Of a stretch of DNA of 64,000 bases, positions 62,491-64,000 are shown in pieces. The DNA comes from an uncultured Methanosarcinales archaeon (GTDB taxonomy: Archaea > Nanobdellota > Nanobdellia > Woesearchaeales > JANQNQ01). The DNA is taken from positions 36,860 through 100,859 of the forward strand of contig CAZJZJ010000001.1 in NCBI GenBank assembly GCA_964550525.1. The letters run 5' to 3'. Position numbers and translations under genes: made by a program. How positions within the stretch are numbered: the first letter of the stretch is position 1; each line of letters starts with the position of its first letter. The notes under the pieces were generated by a model. The model did not search any database and was not told the origin of the DNA. It saw only the letters and a program-made list of their open reading frames with translations.

Positions 62491-64000
62491 ATGAAAAAAA
62501 AGAGGTTAATCTTATTTTTTGTACTAATTTTATTAGCTTCAATCCCTGTATATTCTTGGTTACGTACACATGAAATAAGACCCAAGATTACTGTACCTTT
62601 TACAGAAGAAGCAACTATCATGAGTCCAGATACATTAATCTTTGATCACCAAACAGAAGAGCTTATTGCTGTTGTGTATGAACCAGAGTCAGGCCTTTCA
62701 AGAGAGTTTAATTTCACTTTAGCTGCTAACGAGGAAGCTCTTTCTGACGGTTTCTATACGCTTTTTGTTAAAGCAAAAGATGAGTTGGGCAATATCCTGA
62801 CTGATGAGATTGTTTTTGAAATTGATACAAGTGCACCTGGACTCGATAGGGTTATACTTATCCCTACAGAATTACATCCAGATACAATTATTCTATCAAC
62901 CCAAGTGAGCCGCTCTATCTTTAATTCAGATTTTAGTATAGATCTACTTTTTAACGAAACTGTAAATCTGACAGAGGTTTCTATACAGGGTGGAAGCGAT
63001 CCTCAAATTCTTACAACAGCCTTCAAAACGAAATCAGGCGGTGCAGGAGTTATGACTACACTTGAAGAAATAGATGATGGGAAACAAATACTCTTTGTGA
63101 AAGCAGCAGACCTGGCTGGCAACATTGTCTCAAAGAGATACGAATTTTTTGTGAATTCAGAACCAATCAAGATAAAAATTGTAACTCCAAGACACGGTGT
63201 AGCTATAACAGATACATACAACGTGACAATTGAGGTTGATGAAGATGGTGCAAAATGCAGGTATTCTTTCTTACCTCCACAAACATTTATAGAAATGGAA
63301 GAATTTGGAAATGTCCCTGGTAGTAATAGGAGGTTCAATAAATCGGGGATTACAGGTTCATCTCCATTCTATGTGTGGTGTAACGATTCTATGGGTTCAA
63401 TCAATAATGCAACTTTTGATTTTGTTGTTGATAAAGAAGCACCAATAGTTAACTTAATCCTAGATCCAGCAGATTACAGTTCTGGTTCACCTATAGTAAC
63501 AGAAAAAACCCTTACTACAAACCTTAAAGTTTCTACAGATGATAAAACCATCTGTAAATATAGTTCAACTACAGCAAACTACTCTAAAATGCAACCCATC
63601 ACACCCTATGACCCAGATGATGCTGAAGCTTTCAAAACCCAGCATACCCAACAACTTAGTGATCTTGAAAATGGTAAAACCTATACTTACTTTGTTGTAT
63701 GCGAACATCTTGGTGGTTTGTTATCCAGTGCGAAATCTGTAACATTTAAAGTTGATATTACAGCAGGTCCGCAGATTCTTATTAATGCACCTAAAGGAAC
63801 AACCAATAATAAAAATATTTACTTTAACATAACCACAAACAAAGATACAACATGTACTTATTGGATAAATGAAAGCGATGTTAAATCTGATGGTACATTT
63901 AATGCTGAAGGGAAACATCACGTAAGCGCGAAAAACACGGTCAAAGAAGGCAGTTACAAATATTTTATTCAATGCATTTTTCTTAAAGAAGGCGCAATAA
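62491..64000 (+). CDS. Secreted protein 4 (more than 503 aa; runs off the right edge of the window) with tandem Ig-like beta-sandwich repeats, each carrying a conserved C-x-Y
   Basis: It is not in the ORF track because it has no in-window stop. A manual translation from ATG 62491 shows no stops to 64000. The signal peptide is MKKKRLILFFVLILLASIPVYSW. Repeat units of ~95 aa carry KCRYSF, ICKYSS and TCTYWI. It starts 3 nt after the giant 3 stop. Confidence 0.6.
   Translation, partial: MKKKRLILFFVLILLASIPVYSWLRTHEIRPKITVPFTEEATIMSPDTLIFDHQTEELIAVVYEPESGLSREFNFTLAANEEALSDGFYTLFVKAKDELGNILTDEIVFEIDTSAPGLDRVILIPTELHPDTIILSTQVSRSIFNSDFSIDLLFNETVNLTEVSIQGGSDPQILTTAFKTKSGGAGVMTTLEEIDDGKQILFVKAADLAGNIVSKRYEFFVNSEPIKIKIVTPRHGVAITDTYNVTIEVDEDGAKCRYSFLPPQTFIEMEEFGNVPGSNRRFNKSGITGSSPFYVWCNDSMGSINNATFDFVVDKEAPIVNLILDPADYSSGSPIVTEKTLTTNLKVSTDDKTICKYSSTTANYSKMQPITPYDPDDAEAFKTQHTQQLSDLENGKTYTYFVVCEHLGGLLSSAKSVTFKVDITAGPQILINAPKGTTNNKNIYFNITTNKDTTCTYWINESDVKSDGTFNAEGKHHVSAKNTVKEGSYKYFIQCIFLKEGAI

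Noticed and set aside
1-64000. Mobile elements, integrases, transposases, CRISPR arrays, rRNA and tRNA genes
   Set aside because: I found no recombinase, IS-like ORFs or terminal inverted repeats, no repeat-spacer arrays, and no sequences with rRNA or tRNA characteristics in any intergenic gap. tRNAscan or Infernal would be needed to be certain.

Overview
The window looks like compact, AT-rich (roughly one-third GC) archaeal chromosome, about 90% coding, with frequent ATGA start/stop overlaps. The gene set (RFC small subunit, FEN-1, Hjc, TFE, Orc1/Cdc6, both PolD subunits, MCM, TBP, aIF2-beta, PAN, tRNA splicing endonuclease, RNase P Rpp30) together with giant Cys-rich surface proteins suggests a small-genome, possibly DPANN-like archaeon. 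That placement is inference from composition and gene content. Three blocks stand out. (1) Left side, 1-9656: a glycosyltransferase trio (GT4, GT2, GT-C-like), two unannotatable membrane proteins, and three tandem paralogous secreted proteins with lipobox-like signal peptides and CARDB-like beta-sandwich motifs. (2) Middle, 9686-44221: housekeeping genes, including a peptidase cluster (TldD, PmbA, M24, two M29), tRNA maturation genes (Trm5, EndA, RNase Z, Rpp30) and a replication island. The island is a TrmB regulator, an AT-rich region with inverted ORB-like boxes that I interpret as oriC, then orc1/cdc6, PolD DP1 and PolD DP2. DP2 is interrupted by an apparent -1 frameshift. Further along are an RPA-like OB-fold protein, MCM, a second cluster of ORB-like TCCAGTGG repeats, and TBP. 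An Fe-S/tRNA-thiolation operon follows: an HTH plus Cys-tail regulator, iscS, iscU, a ThiI-like THUMP protein with a degenerate PP-loop, a TtuA-like PP-loop enzyme, and rpp30. (3) Right side, 44296-64000: a same-strand island of giant secreted Cys-rich proteins of 1601, 1390, 2790 and more than 503 aa, plus a 207-aa membrane protein. These carry MopE-like acidic Cys metal-binding motifs, recurring CCGDD dicysteine motifs, and carboxypeptidase-regulatory-like, FN3-like, LamG-like, PKD and Ig-like repeat domains. This island is the strongest candidate for an undescribed cell-surface or host-interaction system. I found no rRNA, tRNA, CRISPR array, integrase or transposase.
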